This document shows, piece after piece, positions 1 to 13,300 of a stretch of 64,000 nt of DNA; positions within the stretch are counted from its first letter, which is position 1; every line of letters begins with the position of its first letter. A program made the position numbers and the translations under genes. The DNA is from Nageia nagi (taxonomy: Eukaryota; Plantae; Pinophyta), in NCBI GenBank assembly GCA_050084985.1, contig JBITNC010000001.1, positions 52,204,001 through 52,268,000 of the forward strand. Direction: 5' to 3'. Below the pieces are notes generated by a model. The model was not told the DNA's origin. It worked only from the letters and a program-made list of their open reading frames with translations, and did not search any database.

Positions 1-1189
1 GGGCCATTAAAAAATTTCTTGCTCAAAGTGCTCTTCATAAGCTAGCTCTAGACATACCCAGAAAAGTGTTAGAGAGGATGCAGGTCTGAATAAGGATTCT
101 AACTGAAAAGGAGTTTATGATGGTCTCCCCAAAGCCTAATTATTCTTATCAAAAAAGAATTCAAGAAATCTATGATCTCTAGAGCTTAGCATTCAACATG
201 GATATAAATAAAAACTAGCTCATAATAGAGTTGGGATTTGTTAATAAATTCTTTAATTCTTTAGTTGAAATAAAAGCTCCCAAAATATGGGAAGAGCACA
301 ATGTACAAGGTAGTGCTACCAATTGAGTATCCAATACCATACAATTTTTAGAACAATCTTTCTCTAAGACACAAATATTATATCTATAGCAAATAAATGA
401 ATTGGCTCAGGAAGTCATTGTGAAGTTTTTACATGTTGGAAAGCTAAGTAGTATCTTAGAAGGGTTTAGAGTAGATACTGAGAAGATCAAGGTATCCCTC
501 ATCCTCTCACTAGTTAATTACAAAGAATTAAGTGAACTAAATAAAAGGATGCAGGCACTCCTCCCTCCAGACATGATGGTAGCAATTGAAACTACAACTA
601 AGTCCACTTCTAGGCAAGCTACTAGGAGTAGTAGTTGATGAGTTCTTTTCTCCAGCAAGCAGAGACCCCTAAGAGCCACCAAGAGATTGTATTATTACAA
701 AATAACACTCAAAATGTGAGTAATCCTACTATTCTTCATTCTTTATTAATTTATTTTTTTAATACCCAAAAGCTATGTATATAAGACTACCTAAAGGAAA
801 CACCATTCTTTTAGAATTTTCATGTTTGTAAAAATCTTATTATTTGAAATCCTAACCCCTTTTTCATTTCTTTTCCCTAGAGTGTTGGGAGTAATTCTTT
901 TTAGTAAACTAAGTCACCTAAGATTTTTATCCTTCTTCAATACCCATTTACTATGTAAATAAGGTTACTCAAAAATTGTATCAATAAGACGTGTCAAATT
1001 TGTATTCTTTTATTCTTCAATAGTTGCGAGTTCAAAGTCTCTAAAAATTGTGTTATCTTCTCCAAGTACAATCAAGAATTCATGTATCAAAGATTCCTGA
1101 AGTCATATTTGTTGCCTTAGAATCTATAGGAATTTTTGGCATGAAAGTCCAAGATTTATATATATGCAAAGTTCAACTTTTGAAAAACA

Positions 1190-1690
1190 CCAATAGTACC
1201 TGGTGATTCTGAAGCATGATTTCATAGTTTTTAATCAAAATTAGTAGGTCCCAAAATAGATAGTAGTGGGTGAAAAAATTTGAAGAATATCAATAGAGCC
1301 CTATGATTGTAGAAGATGATGTCACCTTTTTCTATGAAAATTAGAGGGTCCCAGAGAAATTAGAAATTCTATAGAGCTCACCCATCCTGGAAGATAAAAT
1401 CATGAATTTTGGATAAAATCAATGGGTCCTATAAGAACTAAATCATTAATAGAGCCCAAGGATTTTAAAGGATAATGTCACAAATTTTGGCTAAAATCAA
1501 TAGGTCCTAGAAGAACTAGATCATTGATAGAGCTCATGGATTTTAAAGAATGACATCATAATTTTTGGCTAAAATTAGTAGGTCCCAAAAAAACTAGATC
1601 ATTGATAGAGCTCAAGGATTTTGAAGGATGATGTCAGAAATTTTAGCTAAAATTAGCAGGTCTTGAAAGAACTAGATCATCAACAAAGTG
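1190..1690. repeat. Degenerate 78-bp tandem array (about 5-6 copies) inside a retroelement-like region
   Basis: The unit ctaaaatcaataggtcctagaagaactagatcattgatagagctc... recurs at about 1413, 1491, 1569 and 1647 (period 78), with weaker copies near 1236 and 1335. Confidence 0.8.
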
Positions 1691-2261
1691 CAAAAGAAGA
1701 ATATAGAGCTTGCCAAGAAAATAAAAGAGTAGTGTATGAAAAAGAACACCTAGTTCCACTTCATCTTAAGTGTTTAACCCTCAATGCCCTATTAATGTGT
1801 TGACTCCAAATCATTTCCACATAATAGTGGTAATTCTTCTCAATTTAAGTGAACATAATGTATACCAACCATCATTACTCTAATTATTAACATCAATAGC
1901 AGATCATAAAGATTATAGAAAAGTAAATGAAGGCTAATAAAGCATACAACCAAATCACACCAATCAATGTGTAGTCAAATAAATTCTCAATCAGCTACAA
2001 TGCTACCTTCAATTAGTAACAATGTTATATTTAATCAGTTATAAGGCCAAGGAAGGAGTAATCAACAACATGTCAAAAATATTGTAGCTTTATTAACATG
2101 GCTAACTAGGAGTTACAAATCCCTAGATAGTTCAAATAGTTGATGTTGATTAGTACTTGTTCATTGTATAATCTAGCATAATTGTATTATTTATGTAAAT
2201 AATGTAGTTATAATTCTTTCATTCAATGCTAGTATAATGTACATTAATGATATTTAATCAC

Positions 2262-2850
2262 CCAAAGAAGGGGGGAGTTGTATAAATAACTAGTTTTTAG
2301 AAATTAAAAAGGTTGAACATTTTAACAAATTTGCCCTAATATATAAAAGCAATTCACATATGATAATACAAATAGACAATGCTTTGCCCTCTTGCAATAA
2401 AGTGGCTATTATTGCTTTTGAGAATGTTATGTGTGGAATGTCTTCTTCAAATTATGACTATGTATTATGATTATGAGACCCCAAGTGCAAGATAGTATGC
2501 TATTTTTAATCTTGGCTATGGATTACTAGCTATGTTGCAATGCTCGAGTTGTAAATTTCCTATTTTAATTATTTATTTGCTTATTTCCTTCCTATAACTC
2601 TTTACATTTTTATTCCTTTTTTATTACTTTTGACCTTAAACATAGATAGGAACTAGCCTAAAAATCAAATATTGAGTAGAAAACCAGCATGAGCACATCC
2701 CCACCACCTTTTTCTCTTTCAAGGAACCTACCATTGCGAGAGGTGGAGAACATGACTAGACCAAACCCTTGAGGTTATGCTATACTGATCAATAGTAATG
2801 ACTATCCTTCATATATTCTTGGTTTCCATAATTTGAGTTCAAGTGACCCA
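2262..2850 (+). mobile_element. Polypurine tract and start of a degenerate 3' LTR
   Basis: ccaaagaagggggggag is followed directly by TTGTA, a typical PPT-LTR junction. The right end was not resolved. Confidence 0.4.
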
Positions 2851-2879
2851 AGTTGTCCTCCATTGTCTTCTCCTAAGGA

Positions 2880-5760
2880 AGAATCTTTAGCAATGTTATC
2901 TCTATAAGTCAATCTTCAAGTAATGCAAGTGATGCCTTGATAAGACATACATTATATTCTTCATTCATAGTATCCTTAGAGTTATTATTCAAACATATAC
3001 TCAAAACAAAATAATTAGTAACATTAGTTAATAAAATATAGAATAAGAAATCATAACCTCTAATGATGATTTTGTGAGAAAGATCCCATATTGCTCTTGA
3101 AGAAAATATCTCTTCAAACATAGTAAGAAAATCCCATGGTTCCTCTTTACACAATGTTTCCTCTTAAAGAAAACTCTTTTTATCACTCCATGTGAGTGAT
3201 CTCCATCCACAATTTCTTCTTCAAGATGATTCTCAATATCCTTTGATGATAATTCCATTACACTATGTATTCCATGAGTGACTATCTCACTATGTTCTAT
3301 CTCCCCCTTGCGATAGTCTTTCTCATACAAAATAGTCTTTACTCTTGATGAGTTATCTTCTTCTCCAATAACCTTCATATTTATGACAACTTCAAGTTAA
3401 ATATATTCATTCTATATCTCATTTTCTATTGTATCTTTCTCCTCCCAAATGAGATAGTATCTTGTTCTCTTCTCTTCATACAACACATCCTTCACTCTTG
3501 ATGAGTGAGGTCCTCCATTGACCATGAAACTTATAGTTTTCATATCCTCTTCATATATGATCTCTCATGGATCATTATCCCATATTTACTTTGTAATGCA
3601 ATCATCATTCACTCCAAATGAGTGAGTTACACAATATACATTCACTCCATGTGAGTGATATTCAAGAAAGAAACACTCCATCATAAGGTTTTCTCCCTCT
3701 TTAGAGTAACTCTAACATATGGGTAATCAGTTCCCAAATCTTCATCTATTGCATTTATAACAAGATAATAGTTCACTCCAAATGAGTGAACTCTTAAATA
3801 TAATTTTTCATAATATATCATTCCAAATGAATGATCTTCCACTTCATCTAAGTGGGCTTAAACCAAAATGAAACACTCCTCCATGAGTGTATGTATGGAT
3901 TCATCATATGAATCTCATTCAAATTTTAGGTTAGACGGCTCCTTCATGAGATATACTTTATCATGAAAATTTTGGTCTTGTCCCTCCTCCATGAGACAAT
4001 TTGGATCCACCTCATCTTAGTGGTCTTCATCCACTTTGGAGTGGTCTTCAAACAAATAATCATTCTCATAAAATTAAGCTTCAATATTTGTCTCTTAAAT
4101 GAGATATTAATTAGCCACATCATCTTTGTGATCTTCAACTTGGTCAAGCCAAGCTTCTTCATTGAAGCACTCTTCAACAAATAGTTGAGATGATATCTCC
4201 TCCTCTATAAGCTAAAGGTGTGTCTCTTCAATGAGACATTCATTCTACTTATGGGAAATGTCAATGCTTTCTAATAATACCATTCCTACAAGAGATTTAT
4301 CAATATAATATTTCTTTTTGACATATTCTCCCTATAAAATAAATAATTCACCATCCATGCCTCCATCATAAGATATTCCTCCATCAATGAGGGTTTCACA
4401 AAAAGCTTCTCCTCTCCTCTCTTCTCAATAAGAAGAAGTTCATTCACATGACTCTCCTTTATAAGAGTTACATAAGGAATCACACAAGGCTCCTTCACAT
4501 CCTTATCTTCAAACATATTCTCTACCACCATGCATTACTTCATAAGATATGGCTTCCCATGAACCTTTACCATAACACTCTTCAAATATGTATATATTCC
4601 TCCCCATAAAAAGAGCAAGGATGTCCATAACAAGAACATGAGTCTTCATAAGATTCTTCAAAATGGAGGTCTAGTTTCGAATAAGGCTCACAAGGCTCTT
4701 TGTAAGAGTCTCCATAGGTATCTCCAAATGGATATTCAAGGTAACAAGGCTTATCTTTTCTCAAAAAATCTCTATAAGTGTCCTCATCATACCCATAAGT
4801 ATGTTGTATTCTCCTCCATGCACTTGTAGCTATTGCACAACTTGCAATGAGTGGGAAAATACCTTTTTCAATACCTTTTCATAAATGCATAAGAGATAAG
4901 AAATTTTGATATTGCTCCTCTTTCTTTAACCTCTTCTCTTCTTTTCTAAGCATGCTCCATGTGAGGGGTTCTTCATAATTACCTCCTATAATGCTCCAAA
5001 GATCTTTGGCCATTAAAAAAGTATTCATTCTTATGCTCTAGTAAGCATAATCTTCACCATCAAACTTTGGTACCTCTATGCCCTTAATAATGGTGGCCAT
5101 CTAATAATATTTCATTTTGTTGAATTCTCAAGTAGAAGCAACTCATTCGTACTTACAAAAGATAGATTGGTAGAGAGTTGTTATCTACAAGAACCTTGTA
5201 ATGCATAACAACCAACTAGATTTGGATCAAAATTTTCAAGAGTCTAACTAAAGTGTTGCAAGCATCCAAAAACTTAAATCTAACCCAATATATCCTCCTT
5301 AATCTCTTATACCACAATGTGAAGTATTCTACTTTCATTGATTTGAAAAATGAAATCATTACATACATATTAGTTTTGGAAAAACCCTAAAATAGAATGT
5401 GCTAAATATAAAATCAAGTTGAATGATCACAACTTGTTATAATCTAATATAAAATCCAACTAATACATGCTAAATCTACCATATCATACTAGGAGACAAC
5501 TAGGTGAAACATCAACCCAATATAGCAACATCTTTACTAAAATCGAAGATGAGAAAGTAGTCTCATGCATGCCAAAATTAGCCCACTAGGCTCTATTTTT
5601 AGGCACGGTACACTTGGTACATAGGAAGCTAAGCATGGTATTCCTATGACTAGGCATGATGTGCTAGGTATGCAAAATACTGAGAACTTAGTGCACATGA
5701 TATTTTTTTGAAAAATGCCTTGTATGATGGTCAAACCTTCAACAAAGTAGGCATGCATAT
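2880..5760 (-). mobile_element. Non-autonomous Ty1/copia derivative: 5' LTR, tRNA-Met-type PBS, gag N-terminus, then acidic repetitive sequence with no pol
   Basis: LTR ends at 5318; PBS tggtataagag at 5314-5304; ATG at 5100 reads MATIIKGIEVPKFDGEDYAY*SIRMNTFLMAKDLWSII (copia gag N-terminal PKFDGxxYxxW...DLW pattern). Downstream ORFs are E-rich with HS(F/H)GV repeats. Confidence 0.65.
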
Positions 5761-5949
5761 ATGCCTTGGAAAGGTATATTAAAGCACTATCTAATTCAAA
5801 ATTAATAAGATTAATTGGATGTATCCATAAAAAATTATATTTTCACAAAGTTAATTGATCTATTTTTTCAAGTCTAGTTGGTCTTCAATTGGTTTGATCT
5901 CAACTTGAATGGTCTTTGATTGAGCTCTAATTCCAAGAATCTCTTGAAA

Positions 5950-8000
5950 TAAGATTAATTTTATGAATAAAATCAAGTGCCCAAATATAAAAATTCCAAG
6001 GAAAAACAATAGAGTGCAATCAATGAATTTAAGGGCAAGGTTGAAGCTTAGCATTCTTTTGACACTATTCATATTTCTTGACATGCAATTCACAATCTTC
6101 ATGCATAGTAGGCCAATAATAACCTAGTCTAAGAAACCTTTGGTAAACAAATTTAGCATTAAAGTTTCCACCATATTCACCATCATGAGCTTGATCAAGG
6201 GTCATTTCTACTTCATGCCTTATTAAACATCTACGAAGAGCACCATCAAAATACCTTCTATATAACAAATCACCAATAATGATATACTTTATAGCTAGTT
6301 TTTAAGTCTAATTCTAGCATTATGATCAAATGAAATAAGAATTACTCCATATTTAAGATAATCAAAAATATCTTGATAACATTCACACACATTGATACAA
6401 GTAGCTAAAAAATATTGATCTTTAACAAAATCTCCAACAACATGCTCATGCGATGGCTTACCTATATTTTTGATTGTAAGAATAGTTTCCTCATATTTTA
6501 TGTTAATAAGAGCAAGGGACATGACACTAGCCATAGCATTAACATACCTAGGTTGTTGTCTCTTGGAATATTATCAATTTCATACTCATGAAAGTGTATG
6601 AGAAGACTTGTTACTATTTCTTTGTATGGTTGAAACTCAGTATCCTTTGTGTTGTAGATGTTGGCAACTTGTTTCACAATTAGTTGAGAATCATCAAATA
6701 TTTTTATCCTTTTTACCTTTAAGAGTATTGCAACCTTTAGATCTAAAATAAGAGCATCATATTCTGCTATATTATTAGTGCAATCAAAATTTAAATCATA
6801 ATACATAGGAATAACATCATCATAAGGATTCATTAAGACAATTCCTGCCCCTACTCTATGAATACACTTAGAACCATCAAATTCTTAGGAGGTGGTAAGT
6901 CAACAATGGCTAAAAAATTGTTAGGATCTACCTTAATAACTCTTATTAAAATAATGAAACCAAGTAATATATCTATGAAACTACAAATGCACACTTTTGA
7001 GGCTTTATTTTTAACTTGTACTCTCTCATTATTTGAAATATCTTTCTTGAATATGAAATATGATCATATTTAGCTATGGATGTTGTGAGGATATTGTTAA
7101 TAATTACCTCAACACTATCATGGATCATATTTGCATGTATCATGCTCACTATTGCTTGTTGATAAGTTGCACCTACATTATTTAAACCAAAATACATGAC
7201 CACCTAGTAAAATGTGCCCCAAGGATTAACAAAAGTTATCTTATGTTGGCCCTCCTTGGTGATCCTTATTTGATTGCAACTAGAGAAACCATCCATGAAA
7301 GATAAAATCATATGACCTATTGTTGAGTCTACAATCATATCAATGTTAGGAAAAGGAAATCCATATTTAGTAAATGCTTGTTGATATCCCTAAAATATGT
7401 ACACCATCTTCTCTCATCATTAGGATTGGCTATGGGAATAATATTAGAAATCCATGAAGAATAATCAATAGTAACAATAAAACCAACAATAAGTTATTTT
7501 TCAATTTCCTTTTTAATTGCAAGAGCTACCTTAGGATGCTTTTTTTCTAGGTTTTTATCAGACAAGTTTAACATTTTCATTAATAACTAGACTATGAGTG
7601 ATAAAATAAGGATCAATACCATGTATATCAAAATAATACCAAGCAAAGATATTAAAAAATTCTTTTAATAGTAGATGGTACCTTTTCCTTTCTTCCAAGG
7701 TTAATGAAGCTCCTATTTTGATTAACTTTGGTTCCTCTTGGGTACTAATATTTACTTCTACTATTTCCTCACTAAGACATGATATTTTGTCATTGAGTTG
7801 GGGAGGCATAGTAATGCCCCCAGTACTGCATCCAAACTCAGCTATAAGATACACAAAAAATGTAGTAGTAGCACTAGGATCCCAGTAGTGTTACTTCATT
7901 AACGAAGGGAAGACTAACTTAAAGAAAAATGACCTATACCTAGGACTAACTTGATAAAAAATGAATGAAAGGAAATAAAAATAGAAAGAAACTAACTTGT
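5950..8000 (-). mobile_element. Degraded Ty3/gypsy Tat-lineage pol: RT, additional (archaeal-type) RNase H, integrase N-terminus
   Basis: RT fragments (FMDGFS-like at about 7290; KIKPQKCAF). ORF 6498-6833 has CTNNIAEYDALIL...DSQLIVKQV (aRH). ORF 6065-6268 has HDGEYGGNF...GYYWPTMHEDC (INT zinc-finger region). Confidence 0.85.
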
Positions 8001-8479
8001 AATATCTATATCATATGTGTAAACCTCCTCACTAAAATAGGCCTAGTGATGTCATATGAACCAAGCTACGAGCCTCTTTTCATTGGATTTGGGGAACTCA
8101 CTCCTTGATCATAACTTCTTATGGATAGTATCATCATTTAAAAAAATTTCCATTCAAACTAGAGAAGTAGGTTGTAAGAACGAGTCTGCATAGTAAGCCT
8201 ATAATTCTTTTTTATCACTATTATCAACATGTTGGATGGTTTGAGTTGATGAACATGTGATAAGTGTGGAATCATCAAATCCAATATTAGTTATCTTCTT
8301 ATGTTGAGCTTCATTCGAGATAAGCTCTATGATACCCTACTTATTCTTACCTTTTCATTTTTTACCATGTTGACATTTATGCATGTATTGGTTAGCGAAA
8401 GCAAAATTGATATTGTTTAAATGCATACTTACTTGATCTGATGAAATTTATGAGACAAAATAAATATCTTTTTTTTTAT

Positions 8480-11361
8480 GGACTTTTTTCCTCTTGCTCC
8501 TAATACAACACACTCATGTCTATAATGAAATCTTATTCCTTCTCAAGAATGGAGCAATGATGCTCAATTTCATGCTCATTAAGATGATGGCACTAGGTTT
8601 TAGGAGTAGAAAATGTTCTTTCAAACTCTATCATTTTTCTAGATGTCAATATATGGAATTCCATGGTGGAGGATGGGGAAGATATGAAGGTTTTTTTCAA
8701 AAACTTGATACATGGTCTATAAACCTCTAGGACTTAGTAGTAATTTTAGTATTTAATTTTGTGATTCCTTTAAGGTATTGAATGATGGTTTAGATGCAAA
8801 TCTAGTTTTATTTTTTCTATCTAATTGTGTGATGTTATGGCTAACTTAGCTCTAAATATGGGCCAATTTAGGTGCTACCTTGTTGTGTGGACTACATTAA
8901 AATTAATTTCCCATACTATATTAACAAAAAGGGGAAAGTATTATCATAATTTCTATATTATTTTCCAAATGCAAAATCATGATCCAATATGAAGGTAGAG
9001 TCCTATCCCACTAGGGATGAAATTAGGGTTGGTAGGATGACAAGATAGTCTTTGAGGTGTAATGATGATAAATGGTGGTAGGAAAGATGATACATTAATA
9101 TTGAAAATCCTAGTATCAAGGATTATTAAATCTTTCATTGCTCATTATGAGCAATAGAGGTGCTAAAGTTGGTCTTCAGTTTCAAAGTGTTTGAGTTTGC
9201 AAATGGTAGAGGGAAAAGTGAACATTGGAGGGCATAATTTTTTAGAATGGAGCCATCATATCCTAATGAAACCATGAGTAATAAGGTAGTTTGGAACATC
9301 ATCTATGAGGGAGGTTTAGATAGTTTCATTTATGCATGTAAAGACCATGATGAGCAACTTTCTATGGAGGTGGCAAGCTCGTGGGAGAATGGGCATCATA
9401 GAGTGAATGGAAGGAGCCTAATTTTTAGTCCTTAGATAATTATGCACATAATTATGATACCAAATGAGTCCATTCATGTTCAAAGAGAGGGGAAGCTTAA
9501 TGAACTAGATGCTAGGATTAAATTCCTAAAAAAAGTGTTAAAGATGAAGGATTTGGAGAAGTATCGAATGGAGTGATCAAGGAATCCATTCTAGATTGAT
9601 GGGATGATGTTATTTCTATTATGATTAAGTATTTAAATTTGGAGGGGAGATACAAAATATTTCTAGCATCCTCTTCTTCATGCTCAATCATTTCCTATTC
9701 CTAGAAAATGATAAGGTTAATTTACCATTTTACATTTTTAATTCTCTATCTATTTCAATAGACAAGGTTAAAAAGAACAAGGTGTCAACATTCTTGCATC
9801 GAGAAGTAATTAAACTTGTATATGAGAGGGTAATTACTCTCTCAAAAATGAAATTTCCTAGGGTAAAAATCTTAATAGGTCACCAAGTTTTTGATCCAGG
9901 TAAAAAGATTGAATTGGGGAACCATCAATAAGCAAAAAGAGAAGGGAATCAATAACGTAGTGTTATAACCTAGAGCCTATTTACCCTCAGTTAGAAGGTA
10001 ATTTTAAGGTGGGGGAGATCTTACTCTACTAGAAAAAAATGCAAGTGTGACAAAGCTCTTTTTGAGAAAATGGAATCAAGATTAGGGAGAGCTAATACTA
10101 AAGGATTGAACTACAACTTTTCTAGCCATTTTGTAGATGAAGAAGTTTCATTGAGCAAATATCAAGAAGAAGCAAAGATAATAGATACATTTTTGAGAAT
10201 CAGCACTAAGTGGGGAGCAAAATGTGAAAGAAGTAGCCTTAAAGGTAAAAGGGGTAAGGAGAATGCAACAAAATAGAAGAAATGAAAGAGTCCTTAAAAC
10301 TTTTGGAGAATCAAGCAAGAGTAGTAAATAGAGTATAGTTAAGCTAGGTTTTGTTTCATCCATACCCATTCATGTGAGAACTAGGAGTGAGGCCAAAATT
10401 GGGGCTTTAGGGGAAAGGGGCTTATGGAGAGTAATATGTAGGTAGAAGGGAAATTGAGCTCAAACTTACAAGTTAATATTGACAAGATGAAAAACGATCA
10501 TAGCATCTCAAGGGAGTGATGAATTCATAAGCAAAATGAAGAGATACATCTAAATATAAAGTTTTAGATGAGAATGTATTAGCCTTTTGAAATGTTCAAA
10601 TCATTAACTTAGAGGAACATGATCCACCTACATAATTAAAAATTAGAGAGATAGGTAAGAAGTTCAAAAGAGGTTTGAAAGATCTCTTAGAGATCAAGGA
10701 GAGTGCTAAGATAATAGAAAAGATAGAGTAGGTTAAACAATTTTTAGAGGGAAAATAAATGCTAAAAGCAATATCTGATTATTCAAAGAGAGTTAAGAAG
10801 AAACATCATGTATATTTCAGAAAAGCTTTTAGCTCTAGAATCCATAATGAAATGCTAAAAGAAGCAAAACTAAGGAAAGGAACTAGGAGCACAAGATATG
10901 AGGATGTAGGGGAAAGTCTTGGCTTCAAGGAAGTCATGTTCATGAAGCCTATATCAACATCTATAAATTTAACTATTAAAATCTTAAGTTCATTCCTTCA
11001 GAGTAGAAGGGATTTTAGTTTATGGAAGTAGATCTTTTGGTGCTAGAAGATGTGGAACCTAACTCTATTTCTAAATATTATGGTTTTGTTCTTAGTTAAA
11101 TGGGTGTTTTGATGATATCTTAGGATTTTTTCATCAATAGAGTTTCTGGTCTCAATATGTTCTATTTATTTGCTCCTAGGTAGACTTTTAACAAAGATTA
11201 ATTTTAAGGAATGTTCTTAATATTTCTAGATCCCTTTGTAAACCCAAAAGATTGTAGCAGTAGTGTAACAAGGCTATAGTTAACCTTTTGGAAAACATTT
11301 TGTAAAGGTTGGTGAAGATACTTATAAAGTTCACATTTTTTATTAATACAAAATTATCTCA

Positions 11362-11390
<29 letters not shown>
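8480..11390 (+). mobile_element. Unclassified insertion carrying a decayed TE-associated ORF and ending in a (TA)n tail; interrupts the Tat element
   Basis: ORF pieces 9247-9435 and 9680-9931 join into one decayed frame (EGGLDSF...SSWENG...YLNLEGRY...NHFLF...VNLPFYIFNSL...LHREVIKLVYE). (TA)n at about 11364-11391. Tat sequence resumes on both sides. Confidence 0.4.
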
Positions 11391-11397
<7 letters not shown>

Positions 11398-11399
11398 GA

Positions 11400-13300
11400 T
11401 AAATTCTATATGTACCTAGAGTTACCTTTTATGGAATGATATTATTTATAGGAGTTGGTGTGTCTTCCTCACTTTCAACCAAATCATGTGGGATCCAAAA
11501 CCTTTCAACTTCTTGGAATACATATATAGGGTTGTCTTCTACATGAATAGTAACTTACTTTCCCTTATGCCTAAATTCAATTAACTAATGCAATGTGGAA
11601 GAAACAACCCTAAGCTTATGAATCCATGGTGTACCAAGCAACGAGTTATATGGAAATTTCACTTGAAAAACATAAAAATTTTTATGAACAATTTTACCTT
11701 CTACTTCAATAAGCATAGTAACATAACCAATGCATTCTTTTTTATTATTACCAAACCTTTTTATGCTAATTACACTTCTCTTCATATTTTGCATAAATCA
11801 AAGAAAAGTACTTTTGCAATAATTCAACTAAACAAACATTTACATTAGAACTAGTCTCAATCAATACTTTTTTAATAGGAACACCATCAACATTGACATG
11901 GATATACAGTCCTAGATTCTTTTCTATAACATATTCACTAGGTAATTCATTATCTTGAAAGCAAAGAATGTTACAAACTAGATTTGTATCAAGATTAGTT
12001 ACTAATTTTGTAAATTTAGAAACATGAATATCTGCATAACCTTTAGTCTTTTTAAGTACATCAAATAAAGCATCTCTATGATCATCTAACAATTGCAAAA
12101 GTTCAAAAATACTTATCTTGGCATGAGTTACCTTTAGTTTCTCAAGGAGTTGTTGCATACTAGAATTGCAAGCGATCTCTGTTCTTTCTATCATGGTTGG
12201 ATTAACATCCCCTATATGAATTCCTCTCTTAGCAGTGCTACATAGTTCTTGGTTGAATATGACATTCTTCGTAAGTGATTTAGATTCTTTTGAATCTATT
12301 GCATGGACCTCATATTGTATCTTAACATCATCTAACAATTTATATAATTATTTTCTTAATGTCATGCAAGCATTCATTTTGGGACCTCTAACATTGTGAT
12401 ATTGATAAAATTCTACCTCATTGTACTAATTAGGTTTATCAACATGGGAACCTAGTTCTTATTTTATATTAGGTTTTAGCAACCCTTTTTGTAAGCAATC
12501 CTTAAACATAATAGCATGAGCTAAAGCTAACCTTGTGTTCTTCTTGAAATTTTATTTTTTTTCACTCTTTTGTTGGTCTTTAGATTGGGGTTCTTCTATG
12601 GTATGATCCTCTTTATCTTTTTTTTTTCTAATATCTTGCTCACTTTATTTATATAGGAGGATTTCCATTCTTTAAATCACTCATATCAAATAAGCACTTC
12701 ACCTTTTGGTTAAGCCTATGCATAATTTATATAAATGGAAGGTTCATGTTATCCAAAGCTATGAATTATAATTTAGGATGGATGTTATGAACAAACATAG
12801 ATATGACATGAGACTTGAATAATGGCTTGGGAATCATGCTTCATATCTTTTAAAATCTTTGTGTAAACTTATCAAGTCATTCATTTGGATTTTGGATGGT
12901 ACTAACTAAATCTAAAATTGTCATTTGTCTAGGAACACAATATTTGAAATAGATAGAGAATTCTAAAACAAGTTGTGCATAACAATTAATGATCTTAGTA
13001 GGTAAAGAGAAGTACCAATTGAGTGCATCACCTCTAAATGTAGTAGGAAAGTATTTTTCCATAAAATTATCATTCATTCTAAATTTCAATTCAAAATTCA
13101 TTTTGAAAGCCTTGATATGAGCCATAGTATCTCCCTCACCATGATATGAATTGAATATAGTCTCCACTTGTAGATCTAGTGCCCTAGTGTTGCAAATTTT
13201 ATCATATAATAGATTTAAATCCCTAGAAATGGTTGGAATACCAATAATGGAATGATTGTTGCCCCCAATGTTGTAAGAAACTTAGCTAGTTCCATTTATG
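11400..13300 (-). mobile_element. Degraded Tat-lineage gag and protease; 5' part of the element at 5950-8000
   Basis: 12877-13167 is retrotrans_gag-like (YFPTTFRGDALNWYFSLP). 11766-12338 has KVLIETSSNVNVC (decayed LIDxGSxxN protease site). 11585-11794 has YNSLLGTPWIH. Confidence 0.85.

Noticed and set aside
3183-3890. CRISPR-like array (palindromic repeats with spacers)
   Set aside because: Repeats are only 17 bp, spacing is irregular (about 30-150 bp), there are no cas genes, and the context is a eukaryotic retroelement.
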